This document shows, piece by piece, positions 1 to 8,595 of a stretch of 24,664 bases of DNA (the stretch's first letter is position 1; the number at the start of each line of letters is the position of its first letter). The position numbers and the translations under genes were made by a program. The DNA lies in the NCBI GenBank assembly GCA_021205715.1, contig JAJPXA010000211.1, forward strand, positions 1 to 24,664. Direction: 5' to 3'. This stretch comes from Bacillota bacterium (GTDB lineage Bacteria > Bacillota > Clostridia > UBA1381). Below the pieces are notes generated by a model, which was not told the origin of the DNA, searched no databases, and was given only the letters and a program-made list of their open reading frames with translations.

Positions 1-1
1 T

Positions 2-286
2 GTTAGCCCGTTCCTCGGCAGACTTGATGACATCGGCACAAACGGGATGATTTTGATTGAGGAAATCGCGGACATCTTTAAGCTCCACGACATAAAAACC
101 GAAATCATTGCCGCGAGTATAAGACACCCCATCCACGTAATCGACGCGGCGCGCGCGGGTTCGAATATTGCGACCGTTCCGTTTAAGGTGCTTGAGCAAA
201 TGCTCCATCACCCGCTTACAAATTCGGGTATCGACAGATTCTTAAAGGATTGGGAAACCGTTCCGAAGAATTCTACCGCCAAATAA
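2..286 (+). CDS. tal: Transaldolase (Tal/FSA family), 5'-truncated by window edge
   Basis: Frame is open from position 2: [10 protein letters not shown]...[12 protein letters not shown]...IATVP...[13 protein letters not shown]. Phe in VSPF (Tyr in FSA) favours transaldolase. Confidence 0.9.
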   Translation, partial: VSPFLGRLDDIGTNGMILIEEIADIFKLHDIKTEIIAASIRHPIHVIDAARAGSNIATVPFKVLEQMLHHPLTNSGIDRFLKDWETVPKNSTAK

Positions 287-297
287 TTTAATATTGC

Positions 298-338
298 AAA
301 TCAAAAACCGACGCTGTTTTGGCGTCGGTTTTTGATTT
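298..338. terminator. Bidirectional intrinsic terminator between convergent tal and csoR
   Basis: 17-bp perfect inverted repeat AAATCAAAAACCGACGC (298-314) / GCGTCGGTTTTTGATTT (322-338), 7-nt loop, A/T tracts on both sides. Confidence 0.9.
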
Positions 339-598
339 TATATCATTCTTTCAATCAAATTAAGCGCTTCCGTAATCTTCGGATTTTCCTCGTCGGAGTT
401 GAGCGCCTCTTTTACACACCCCTCTATATGCGCGCGCATTACCTCTTGATTGACCTTTTTTAACAGTGCCTGCGTCGCTAAAATCTGATTTGAAATATCC
501 ACGCAGTAGCGGTCGTCGTCGACCATTTTCAAAATACCGTCAAGCTGTCCGCGCGCTATTTTAATCTTCCTTATAACGCTGTCCTTGTCCGCTCTCAT
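338..598 (-). CDS. csoR: CsoR/RcnR-family copper-sensing repressor (86 aa)
   Basis: RKIKIARGQLDGILKMV..RYCVDI..Q...HIEGCV (Cys...His-x3-Cys metal ligands); ATGA overlap with copA stop at 595-598. Confidence 0.93.
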   Translation of the reverse strand: MRADKDSVIRKIKIARGQLDGILKMVDDDRYCVDISNQILATQALLKKVNQEVMRAHIEGCVKEALNSDEENPKITEALNLIERMI

Positions 599-3132
599 AC
601 GCTCTCAATTCCTTTCACCTTATAACCCGCGTTCTCGACCGCGGCCTTGAGTGCCTCGTCCGATGCGGCGCCCGTTATCTCCGCGCGCTTGTTTTCAAGA
701 CTTACCTCGACCGCGTCTACTCCGTCAACCGCCGCAAGCGCGTCGGTAACGTGCTTTACGCAATGCTCACACATCATACCATTAATTTCCATTTTCTTTT
801 TCATATTTTTCACTTCTCCTTTTCCGCCGTTTTCGGCTTTTATATTACATTCCGTATCGGAACATTTTACGTTTTCCGCAGCGCTCTTTGGTTTGAAAAA
901 CCTGAGCCGTAACGCGTTCGTTACAACGAACACGGAGCTGAAGCTCATCGCGAGCGCCGCTATCATCGGGTTCATTTTAAGTCCGAACGCGGCGTAATAG
1001 CATCCCGCCGCCACGGGTATTCCTACCGCGTTATAGAAAAACGCCCAGAACAAATTTTGCTTAATGTTTCTTATCGTCGCCTTGCTAAGCTCTATCGCCG
1101 TGACAACATCGAGCGGACTGTTTTTCATTAAAACTATATCCGCCGAATCAATCGCGATATCCGTTCCGGCGCCTACGGCGATACCCACGTCGGCACGGGC
1201 GAGCGCGGGAGCGTCGTTTATGCCGTCGCCTACCATCGCGACAGCGCCGCTCTCCTGCATACGGCGAACTTCCCTTTCCTTATCCTGCGGCAAAACCTCC
1301 GCCGTTACGCTGTCCGCACCGACGCGGCGGCATATCGCCTCGGCTGTTTTTTTATTGTCCCCCGTAAGCACCGCGACCTTTATTCCCATCTCGTGAAGGC
1401 GGTCGACCGCCGCCTTTGATGTCGGTTTCACCGTGTCGGCAACCGCTATTATACCTAAAAGTCTTGTGCCCTCGGCAAAATACATAACCGTTTTGGCGTC
1501 GTTTGAAAGCGCTTCCGCACGGGTTGAAAAATCCCCTGTGGGGACACTGAATTCCGTCATCATACGCAAATTACCCGCCATATACACCTTATCCCCGAGA
1601 GATGCGGTTATGCCGCGCCCCGGAATTTGCTTAAAATTCGACGCGATATACAGCGGGGTATCTCCCGCCGCCTCGACAACGGCGTCTGCAAGCGGATGCT
1701 CGGACAGCTTTTCTATGCTTGCGGCGATTTTTAAAAACTCGCCTTTATCTGTCCCCTCCGCGGCAATCAAATCCGTAACCGAGGGTTTGCCCTCGGTTAT
1801 GGTTCCTGTTTTGTCAAAAATTACCGTTTTTACCGAATGCGCCACCTCAAGCGCCTCGGCGGATTTTATCAATATTCCGTTTGCCGCGCCTCTTCCGGTA
1901 CCGACCATTATCGCCGTGGGCGTTGCGAGTCCGAGCGCGCAGGGACAAGAAACCACAAGCACTGATATGCCCATAGAAAGGGCGAATTCCGCCGTTTGTC
2001 CTGCGATAAGCCACACAATCGCCGAAACGGCGGCAATCGCGATAACTATCGGCACAAAAATACCCGACACCTTATCCGCGAGCTTTGCTATAGGCGCTTT
2101 GGAGCTTGTAGCCTCGTCGACAAGCCGTATTATCTGCGACAGAGTTGTTTCATCGCCGACGTTTGTCGCGCGCATTTTGAAATAGCCGCTCTTGTTTATC
2201 GTCGCGCCTATCACCTTATCGCCCGGCTTTTTCGTAACCGCCATACTCTCACCCGTAACCGCCGATTCATCAACCGCTGACGCGCCATCTGTCACTATGC
2301 CGTCCACCGGTATGCTCTCGCCCGCTTTAACTATCACAATATCGCCCTTTTCCACATCCTCCGCGGGTATCGTAACCTCTTTGCCGTCACGAAGCACGAC
2401 CGCCGTTTTCGGCGCGAGATTTAACAATTTGTTTATCGCATCGGTTGTGTGTCCCTTTGCGCGCGCCTCGAAAAATTTGCCGAGCGATATAAGCGCCAAT
2501 ATTGTACCCGCGCTTTCAAAATACAAATCGTGCATAAACGTCCCGACGGTTTCAAAATCGCCGTATCCGAGCGCGTAGGCAATCTTGAACATCGCGTAAA
2601 CGCCGTACACGACCGCTGCGCCCGAGCCGAGCGATATAAGCGAATCCATATTCGGCGACCGCCGCCAAAGCGCTTTAAAGCCAGTTTTATAGTATTTTGC
2701 GTTGATGAAAATTATCGGAATCAGCAATAAAAGCTGTGTCAACGCGAACACTATCGCGTGCTTTGCGCCGTGAACAAATTCCGGCAGAGGCCAACCCATC
2801 ATATGCCCCATTGACAAATAAAACAGCGGTACGGCGAACACAAATGTCCATATCAGATTTGCGCGCATTTTTTTATATTCATCCGCGCCGTCTGTTTTTT
2901 GCGCTTCGGCTTGCTTTTTCGCTCGGTCAAGCGCCGCGCCGTAGCCCGCGCCGGTGACCGCCGCGATTATGTCGCCGGATGTGAGCGCGGCATCGTCATA
3001 ACTTACGACCATACTGTTTTTTAGCAGATTTACCGAAACCTCGCTGACGCCGTCCAAAGCGGCGACGCTTTTTTCCACTCTCGCGGAGCAGGCAGCGCAG
3101 CTCATACCGCTGATATTATATTTCTCTTTCAT
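595..3132 (-). CDS. copA: Cu(I)-translocating P1B-type ATPase with N- and C-terminal HMA domains (845 aa)
   Basis: GMSCAAC N-terminal HMA, TGES, CPCALGLATP, DKTGT, SEHPLA, GDGINDAP, YN/MAFSS-like Cu motifs, C-terminal GMMCEHC HMA; SD GAGGAGG at 3138-3145. Confidence 0.97.
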   Translation of the reverse strand: MKEKYNISGMSCAACSARVEKSVAALDGVSEVSVNLLKNSMVVSYDDAALTSGDIIAAVTGAGYGAALDRAKKQAEAQKTDGADEYKKMRANLIWTFVFAVPLFYLSMGHMMGWPLPEFVHGAKHAIVFALTQLLLLIPIIFINAKYYKTGFKALWRRSPNMDSLISLGSGAAVVYGVYAMFKIAYALGYGDFETVGTFMHDLYFESAGTILALISLGKFFEARAKGHTTDAINKLLNLAPKTAVVLRDGKEVTIPAEDVEKGDIVIVKAGESIPVDGIVTDGASAVDESAVTGESMAVTKKPGDKVIGATINKSGYFKMRATNVGDETTLSQIIRLVDEATSSKAPIAKLADKVSGIFVPIVIAIAAVSAIVWLIAGQTAEFALSMGISVLVVSCPCALGLATPTAIMVGTGRGAANGILIKSAEALEVAHSVKTVIFDKTGTITEGKPSVTDLIAAEGTDKGEFLKIAASIEKLSEHPLADAVVEAAGDTPLYIASNFKQIPGRGITASLGDKVYMAGNLRMMTEFSVPTGDFSTRAEALSNDAKTVMYFAEGTRLLGIIAVADTVKPTSKAAVDRLHEMGIKVAVLTGDNKKTAEAICRRVGADSVTAEVLPQDKEREVRRMQESGAVAMVGDGINDAPALARADVGIAVGAGTDIAIDSADIVLMKNSPLDVVTAIELSKATIRNIKQNLFWAFFYNAVGIPVAAGCYYAAFGLKMNPMIAALAMSFSSVFVVTNALRLRFFKPKSAAENVKCSDTECNIKAENGGKGEVKNMKKKMEINGMMCEHCVKHVTDALAAVDGVDAVEVSLENKRAEITGAASDEALKAAVENAGYKVKGIESV

Positions 3133-3154
3133 TTGATACCTCCTCTTATACTCC

Positions 3155-3169
3155 TACCCCGTGGGGGTA
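3155..3169. promoter_or_regulatory. CsoR-type operator TACCCC-N3-GGGGTA
   Basis: TACCCCGTGGGGGTA, a C-tract/G-tract pseudo-palindrome as in Bacillus CsoR operators, lying between the copA -10 box and SD. Confidence 0.88.
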
Positions 3170-3181
3170 TTTGATGATAAT

Positions 3182-3210
3182 ATTATACCACCCCAAAATC
3201 ATTTTGTCAA
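3182..3210 (-). promoter_or_regulatory. Sigma-A promoter of copA-csoR
   Basis: Perfect consensus TTGACA (3210-3205), 17 bp, TATAAT (3187-3182). Confidence 0.9.
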
Positions 3211-3279
3211 CAACCGAAGCGTTTTATACTTGCTTTACATCGGCGCGGCTTCAAATATGTAAAATATTTGTCCGACGAC

Positions 3280-3309
3280 TTGACTATATCGCGTTGAATG
3301 TGTTATAAT
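3280..3309 (+). promoter_or_regulatory. Sigma-A promoter of rnj
   Basis: TTGACT (3280-3285), 18 bp, TG-n-TATAAT extended -10 (3304-3309). Confidence 0.75.
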
Positions 3310-3358
3310 AATAATGTTGTAATTGTGTTCGGAAATAAATAAAAACGGAGGTAATAAT

Positions 3359-5026
3359 TTGTCAAAGGCTAAAAAACTAAAAATCATACCACTTGGAGGT
3401 CTTGACGAAATCGGCAAAAATATGACCGTTTTCGAGTACGGAAACGAGATTATCTTAGTGGACTGCGGTATGTCCTTTCCGGATGATGATATGCCCGGCG
3501 TTGACCTGGTATTAAACGACATCACATATCTGGAAAACAATTACCAAAAAATTCGCGGTATCTTCCTCACTCACGGACACGAGGATCATATCGGAGGACT
3601 GCCGTACTTTTTAAAATCCATAAACGTTCCCGTTTATGGTACGCGGCTTACGCTCGGCTTGGTAGAAAACAAGCTCAAAGAGCATAATCTTTTGTCGCGC
3701 TGCAAGCTCGTTCGAACGAAGCCGGGCAGTGTGATAACGGCAGGGCAATTTTTCAAGGTTGAGTTTATTCATTCAAACCATTCCATCGCCGATTCCGTTG
3801 CGCTCGCGATAAAAACACCTGTCGGAATGGTGGTTCATACAGGCGATTTCAAAATCGATACCACGCCCATTGTCGGCGACGTTATCGATCTTGCGCGTTT
3901 GGGTCAGCTCGGAAAAGAGGGAGTTTTGGCTCTTATGTCGGAAAGCACGAACGTTGAGCGCCCGGGATACGCTATGAGCGAACGCTCGGTCGGCGAGAAA
4001 TTCGAGCAGATTTTCGCAAACTGCAACAAGCGCATTATCGTTGCGACCTTCGCCTCAAATGTACACCGCGTTCAGCAAATTATAGACGCGGCGGTCAAAA
4101 ACGGACGAAAAGTTGCGGTATCGGGAAGAAGTATGGAAAATATTGTTGAATTATCCATACTTTTGGGATATTTAAAGGTGCCGGAGGGTGTCTTAATTCC
4201 TATCGACAATATCAAAAAGTACCGTCCCAACCAGCTTGTTTTGATAACGACAGGCTCGCAGGGCGAACCAATGAGCGCGCTTACGCGTATGGCGTTTTCC
4301 GACCATAAAAAGGTTGAAATAACCAAAAACGACCTTATAATTTTAAGCGCCACCCCTATTCCCGGAAACGAGAAATCGGTTTCCTCGGTTATAAACGAGC
4401 TGTTCAAGATTGGCGCGGAGGTTATATATAAATCCCTCGCGGAGGTACACGTTTCGGGTCACGCCTGTCAGGAGGAATTAAAGCTGATGCTTTCGCTGGT
4501 AAAGCCGAAGTTCTTTATTCCCGTCCACGGCGAACACCGCCACCTTGTTTTGCACAAGCAGCTCGCCGAAAAAATCGGCATACCGTCAAAGAACATATTC
4601 GTTCTTTCAAACGGTTCCGTTTTGGAAATGGATAAATCGTCGGCGAAGGTTACGGGAACAGTGCAAGCGGGTCAAATATTGGTTGACGGCTTGGGCGTCG
4701 GCGACGTCGGAAACGTAGTTTTGCGCGACAGAAAGCTTCTCTCCGAGGACGGTTTGATAATCGTTATAATAACCATATCGCGCAGCGAGCATAAGCTTAT
4801 ATCTCCGCCGGATGTCATTTCGAGGGGATTTGTCTATGTACGCGAGGCGGAAAATCTGATTGACGGAGTTAAGTATGTTGTTGAGGAAACACTCGACAGA
4901 TGCCTTGATAAGAAAAATTATGATTGGTCTACTATGAAATCGGCGATAAAATCGGCGGTATCAAAATACATTTACAACAAAACCGAACGCAATCCAATGA
5001 TTTTACCGATTATCGAAGAGGTTTAA
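3359..5026 (+). CDS. rnj: Ribonuclease J (555 aa from TTG start)
   Basis: IIPLGGLDEIGKNM, THGHEDHIG, HTGDFK, TGSQGEP, HVSGHA, PVHGE motifs. TTG at 3359 follows SD GGAGGT (3347-3352), so the ORF-track start at 3323 is too early. Confidence 0.96.
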   Translation: MSKAKKLKIIPLGGLDEIGKNMTVFEYGNEIILVDCGMSFPDDDMPGVDLVLNDITYLENNYQKIRGIFLTHGHEDHIGGLPYFLKSINVPVYGTRLTLGLVENKLKEHNLLSRCKLVRTKPGSVITAGQFFKVEFIHSNHSIADSVALAIKTPVGMVVHTGDFKIDTTPIVGDVIDLARLGQLGKEGVLALMSESTNVERPGYAMSERSVGEKFEQIFANCNKRIIVATFASNVHRVQQIIDAAVKNGRKVAVSGRSMENIVELSILLGYLKVPEGVLIPIDNIKKYRPNQLVLITTGSQGEPMSALTRMAFSDHKKVEITKNDLIILSATPIPGNEKSVSSVINELFKIGAEVIYKSLAEVHVSGHACQEELKLMLSLVKPKFFIPVHGEHRHLVLHKQLAEKIGIPSKNIFVLSNGSVLEMDKSSAKVTGTVQAGQILVDGLGVGDVGNVVLRDRKLLSEDGLIIVIITISRSEHKLISPPDVISRGFVYVREAENLIDGVKYVVEETLDRCLDKKNYDWSTMKSAIKSAVSKYIYNKTERNPMILPIIEEV

Positions 5027-5032
5027 TAATTT

Positions 5033-5070
5033 AAAAGGAGTCTGCGGACAGAACCGCAGACTCTTTTTTT
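5033..5070. terminator. Intrinsic terminator between convergent rnj and CpXC gene
   Basis: Stem GAGTCTGCGG (5038-5047) / CCGCAGACTC (5054-5063) followed by T7; A-tract on the other side. Confidence 0.88.
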
Positions 5071-5074
5071 GACC

Positions 5075-5746
5075 TTATTTATTATTGTTAAATCCGTTTA
5101 ACAGCCTGCCGGCATACGCGCCGTCCACAATTTCCCAATCAAAGCTGTAGGGCTTTACGCCCGAATCGCGCAGGCTTTTCCACAAAGTGTCATAGGTTTC
5201 TTTCGGTACCTGTGATGTGTAAATTTGATTTTCCTCGCTGTCGTGTATCATAAATTCCATAACACCGCCGTCCATCTTGCCGAAACGGCATACTCTACGA
5301 TTCGATTTTTCAATTTCCTGCGACAGTATCATAAATTTTATGACCTCGATAACCTTATCGTTCAAATCCAAATCGAAAATCAAAATTTTCTCCAAAAACG
5401 CGTTAAAATCGGTTACAAACCGCAGATTATATCCCTCGAACCGCTTCAGCTCTCCGGACGCTTTTGACGAGCTTTTAATCTCGCTGTACAGCTTATCCTT
5501 TTTCAGCGGGTCATCGCAGGGCGAAAAGGAAATCATCAGCTTTTTATCCTCGTCGTTATATAAAAGCGGAGTCGGCATTATTGCCGTGTGCGCGCAAACG
5601 GAGCATCTGAAAATATTGACCCTGCCCTTTAACAAATCCTCCTTCAAATCCGGACTGTCCTTTACGGTAATGGAGTTCCAAACCGTAATATCGTTAAGCT
5701 GTCCGCATTTCGGGCAGCGCACATTTTGTTTGTTGTTTATACTCAT
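5075..5746 (-). CDS. CpXC-domain protein of unknown function (223 aa)
   Basis: Two Cys pairs (CPKC...CSVC) separated by 'WNSITVKDSPDLKEDLLKG..F', then 'LLYND', matching the CpXC family pattern; ATGA overlap with upstream gene. Confidence 0.8.
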   Translation of the reverse strand: MSINNKQNVRCPKCGQLNDITVWNSITVKDSPDLKEDLLKGRVNIFRCSVCAHTAIMPTPLLYNDEDKKLMISFSPCDDPLKKDKLYSEIKSSSKASGELKRFEGYNLRFVTDFNAFLEKILIFDLDLNDKVIEVIKFMILSQEIEKSNRRVCRFGKMDGGVMEFMIHDSEENQIYTSQVPKETYDTLWKSLRDSGVKPYSFDWEIVDGAYAGRLLNGFNNNK

Positions 5747-7050
5747 ATGCCTCTCCTTTTGCCGTTATCGATATCGTATACGCGCTGCGCCGCCGCCGCT
5801 ATGCCGAGCCGCGCCGATTCATACGTAAGCCCGCCCTGCATAAAAGCGGTATACGGCGGCCGAATCGGTCCGTCCGCGGACAGTTCTATCGACGCGCCCT
5901 GAATAAACGCGCCCGCCGCCATTATAACCTTATCCTGATAACCCGGCATATCCCACGCCTCGGGGGTGACAAAGCTGTCTATCGGCGCGCCCTTTTGTAT
6001 GCCTTGGCAAAAAGCCGTGAGCTTGTCCTCGCTCTCGAAGCGGATAGCCTGTATTATGTCGTGACGCGCGGCTTTGCTCGACGGCTCGACGGCATATCTC
6101 AGCCGCTCGAATACCGCCGCGCACAAAACGGCGGTTTTAACCGCCTGCGCGACAACGTGCGGCGCGAAAAACAAACCCTGATACATCGCGCGGTTAAATC
6201 CGAGCGACGCGCCGCACTCCTTGCCTATTCCCACCGATGTAAAGCGGTAGGCACAAAGCTCGATTAAGTCGGCTCTGCCGACTATATAGCCGCCCGACGG
6301 CGCAAGACCGCCGCCGGGGTTTTTGATAAGCGAACCCATAACGAGATCCGCGCCGACCTCGGTCGGCTCCTTATCATCGACAAACTCACCGTAGCAATTG
6401 TCAACCATGCAGATTGTGTCGGGATTTGCCGCCTTAACCGCCGCGATTATATCCCCTATCTCATCAACCGACAGCGTCGGACGGCTGTCGTAGCCCTTGG
6501 AGCGCTGAATCATAACCGCGCGCGGCTTGTATTTTTTCACGTTTTCCTCTATCGCCGCAAAATCCGCGCCGCCGTCCGGCTTTAAATCAACCTGCGCATA
6601 CTTAACTCCGAAATCCTTAAGCGAGCCGTTACCGGCGTTTCCGCTTATGCCTATTACCTCTTCAAGCGTGTCATACGGCTTTCCGGTAACCGGCATAAGC
6701 GTGTCGCCGGGACGCAAAACCGCAAAAAGCGCTGTGGAAATAGTATGCGTGCCGTTCACAAAGCTGTGGCGCACCAATGCGTCCTCCGCGCCGAAAATAT
6801 CGGCGTATACCTTATCGAGCGTATCCCTGCCGAGGTCGTCATAACCGTAACCGGTGGTTTCGGCAAAGTGCGCGTCGGACACGCGGTTGTCCGCGAACGC
6901 TTTCATCACCTTCATCTGATTTATCTGCGCACGCTCGTCAATCGCCGCAAACTGCGGGCGAATTTCTTCCTCCGCGGCATCGACAAGGCTCAATACCTCA
7001 TCGCAAATGCCGAAGCTGTTACTTATATACTCATTTTTATCCATTGTCAC
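5743..7050 (-). CDS. YnbB-like PLP enzyme (methionine gamma-lyase / 'aluminium resistance' family)
   Basis: NQMKVMKAF..NRVSDAHF..TTGYGYDDLGRD, VNGTH, DNCYGEF, GSLIKNPGGG (PLP Lys), QGASIELSADGP. Start is GTG 7050 or ATG 7044; SD AGGAG at 7056-7060. Confidence 0.9.
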   Translation of the reverse strand: MTMDKNEYISNSFGICDEVLSLVDAAEEEIRPQFAAIDERAQINQMKVMKAFADNRVSDAHFAETTGYGYDDLGRDTLDKVYADIFGAEDALVRHSFVNGTHTISTALFAVLRPGDTLMPVTGKPYDTLEEVIGISGNAGNGSLKDFGVKYAQVDLKPDGGADFAAIEENVKKYKPRAVMIQRSKGYDSRPTLSVDEIGDIIAAVKAANPDTICMVDNCYGEFVDDKEPTEVGADLVMGSLIKNPGGGLAPSGGYIVGRADLIELCAYRFTSVGIGKECGASLGFNRAMYQGLFFAPHVVAQAVKTAVLCAAVFERLRYAVEPSSKAARHDIIQAIRFESEDKLTAFCQGIQKGAPIDSFVTPEAWDMPGYQDKVIMAAGAFIQGASIELSADGPIRPPYTAFMQGGLTYESARLGIAAAAQRVYDIDNGKRRGI

Positions 7051-7068
7051 AATTTCTCCTTTTGCATT

Positions 7069-7097
7069 ATTCTACCATACTTTCGCGCTCTTTGCAA
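7069..7097 (-). promoter_or_regulatory. Sigma-A promoter of ynbB-like/CpXC operon
   Basis: TTGCAA (7097-7092), 17 bp, TG-G-TAGAAT (7074-7069). Confidence 0.7.
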
Positions 7098-7156
7098 CAA
7101 TTTTTGATGTTATTATGCGGCAACGAAAATTACAAGAACGGCAAAATTTACTCCGT

Positions 7157-7188
7157 AAAAAATGCCGCGCCCGAGGCGCGGCATTTTT
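7157..7188 (-). terminator. Intrinsic terminator after flavodoxin gene
   Basis: AAAAAATGCCGCGCC-CGA-GGCGCGGCATTTTT hairpin just downstream of the flavodoxin stop at 7195. Confidence 0.88.
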
Positions 7189-7194
7189 ATCATA

Positions 7195-7695
7195 TCAATC
7201 AAACAATTCTTTTGCTTTCTTTGCAAATCTTTCGCCGTAAATTTCAAACAGCTCCTTTGAATTATCAAAGCAATCCGCCTCGTTTACAAGCGCCGTAGGT
7301 CCCAGATGAACTATCGGCTTTCCGTACTCGCCGCCGCTTGAATACGCAAGCATACCCTTAACGAGCATATGACCGACTATCGTAAGGTTTGCGACGTCCG
7401 CGCCGCCCTGCGCCCAATTCGCCGTGGCATACACGCCGCCGAGCTTGCCGGCAAGCTTTATGCCGCTGCTGTCCGCGTCAAAGAATTTTTTCAACTGCCA
7501 ACAGGTACTCGCATAATATGTCGGCGTTCCGAACACTATGCCCGCGCAGCTTTCTATGTACTCCTTATCCGGCTGTCCGTCCTTTAAATTGAACATACGA
7601 ACCTCCGCGCCCTGCTTTTTCATACCTTCAGCGATTTGCTCGCCCTTTGTTTGGGTATGACCTGTTTCACTATAATAAATAATTGCCAAATTCAT
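7195..7695 (-). CDS. Flavodoxin-fold / WrbA-like NAD(P)H-dependent oxidoreductase (166 aa)
   Basis: YYSETGHT FMN phosphate loop, GTPTYY, LAGKLGGVYAT..W..GG; SD GAGGTG. Confidence 0.8.
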   Translation of the reverse strand: MNLAIIYYSETGHTQTKGEQIAEGMKKQGAEVRMFNLKDGQPDKEYIESCAGIVFGTPTYYASTCWQLKKFFDADSSGIKLAGKLGGVYATANWAQGGADVANLTIVGHMLVKGMLAYSSGGEYGKPIVHLGPTALVNEADCFDNSKELFEIYGERFAKKAKELFD

Positions 7696-7766
7696 TTTAT
7701 AAACACCTCATTTTTTCGTTTGCACAGCAACCGAAATACCTTTCTGTTAATTTAATATTCCGCGCT

Positions 7767-7871
7767 TTAAGAGAATATGCCGAACAACGACAAAATAGAC
7801 GATCCGACAGTAAAAATCATACCCGCGGCGATAACTATACATATAATTCTCATAGCCTTTTTACTGAACAT
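7767..7871 (-). CDS. Small single-pass membrane protein, 34 aa (not in ORF track)
   Basis: Hand translation MFSKKAMRIICIVIAAGMIFTVGSSILSLFGIFS*; SD-like AAGGGGTG overlaps the upstream gene's stop; basic N-terminus plus hydrophobic helix. Confidence 0.72.
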   Translation of the reverse strand: MFSKKAMRIICIVIAAGMIFTVGSSILSLFGIFS

Positions 7872-7883
7872 AATTGTCACCCC

Positions 7884-8573
7884 TTACTTTGCCATAAGAC
7901 GGCTTATTATAATCGCCGCCTGCGCGCGTGTCGCGGTAGCTGTCGGCGAAAATGTGCCGTCGTCCATTCCGTCGATAAATCCCTGCGCGTACGCGAGCTT
8001 GACGGTTTCATACGCCCATCCGCTTATGTCGCCGACATCGGTAAAGGGCATTTCCGAGGCGCCTTCCATATCCTTCATCGTGTTCGCGTTTCTGGTGTAC
8101 TGATACATATATTGCGTCATAACCGCCATTTCCTCGCGCGTTATCGGCAGTATGCCGTTAAACGCGCCGCCGTATACCGCGCGTGTCGAGCCGTCCTCGT
8201 CGGTTACCACCTCGACGGTGTAGCCGGTTATCATATTCGACGGCATAATTCCCTTATCAAGCGCGCTTTGCACATACGGCGCGAACCAATCGTCCGATTT
8301 CACCTCAAGACATTCGCCGTATCTGTACTCGACCGTTTCAATACCCACAGCGTTCATTACCATTTTTAAAAATTCCGCGCGAGTAACCTTTTCATCAGGC
8401 TGAAATTCGGTTTCCGTAACGCCGTTTACCACGCCGCCGTCGGCGAGAGCGATTATGGTATCCTCCGCCCAATGACCGGAAATATCCGTAAAACTTGCCG
8501 CGAGCGCGTTTGCCGATACGGCAAACGTCAAAGCGCAGCTCAAAAGCGTTGCCGCTGTTTTTTTAAATCTCAT
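7884..8573 (-). CDS. Secreted protein made only of a signal peptide plus three SLH repeats (229 aa)
   Basis: Signal peptide ending ANALA; FTDISGHWA...F.PD.KVTRAEF, ITREEMA, FTD...GFIDG..DGTFSPTATATRAQAA. Confidence 0.88.
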   Translation of the reverse strand: MRFKKTAATLLSCALTFAVSANALAASFTDISGHWAEDTIIALADGGVVNGVTETEFQPDEKVTRAEFLKMVMNAVGIETVEYRYGECLEVKSDDWFAPYVQSALDKGIMPSNMITGYTVEVVTDEDGSTRAVYGGAFNGILPITREEMAVMTQYMYQYTRNANTMKDMEGASEMPFTDVGDISGWAYETVKLAYAQGFIDGMDDGTFSPTATATRAQAAIIISRLMAK

Positions 8574-8595
8574 TTTCCTACCTCATTTATGTAAT

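Noticed and set aside
647-2957. Several + strand ORFs (e.g. 1433-2185, 250 aa) opposite copA
   Set aside because: Antisense shadows of a well-supported gene; Ser/Ala-rich, no recognisable motifs. The same applies to ORFs opposite rnj, ynbB, GH13, DUF5107, GH2 and the pyr genes.
3235-3540. 101-aa minus-strand ORF across the rnj promoter and start
   Set aside because: Overlaps the rnj promoter and coding start; no homology cues.
7692-7730. 12-codon TTG-start ORF (LLCKRKNEVFIK) whose stop overlaps the flavodoxin ATG
   Set aside because: Too short, weak start and no supporting signal; may be chance.
7683-8369. 228-aa + strand ORF
   Set aside because: Overlaps the SLH gene and the 34-aa ORF on the opposite strand; no family features.
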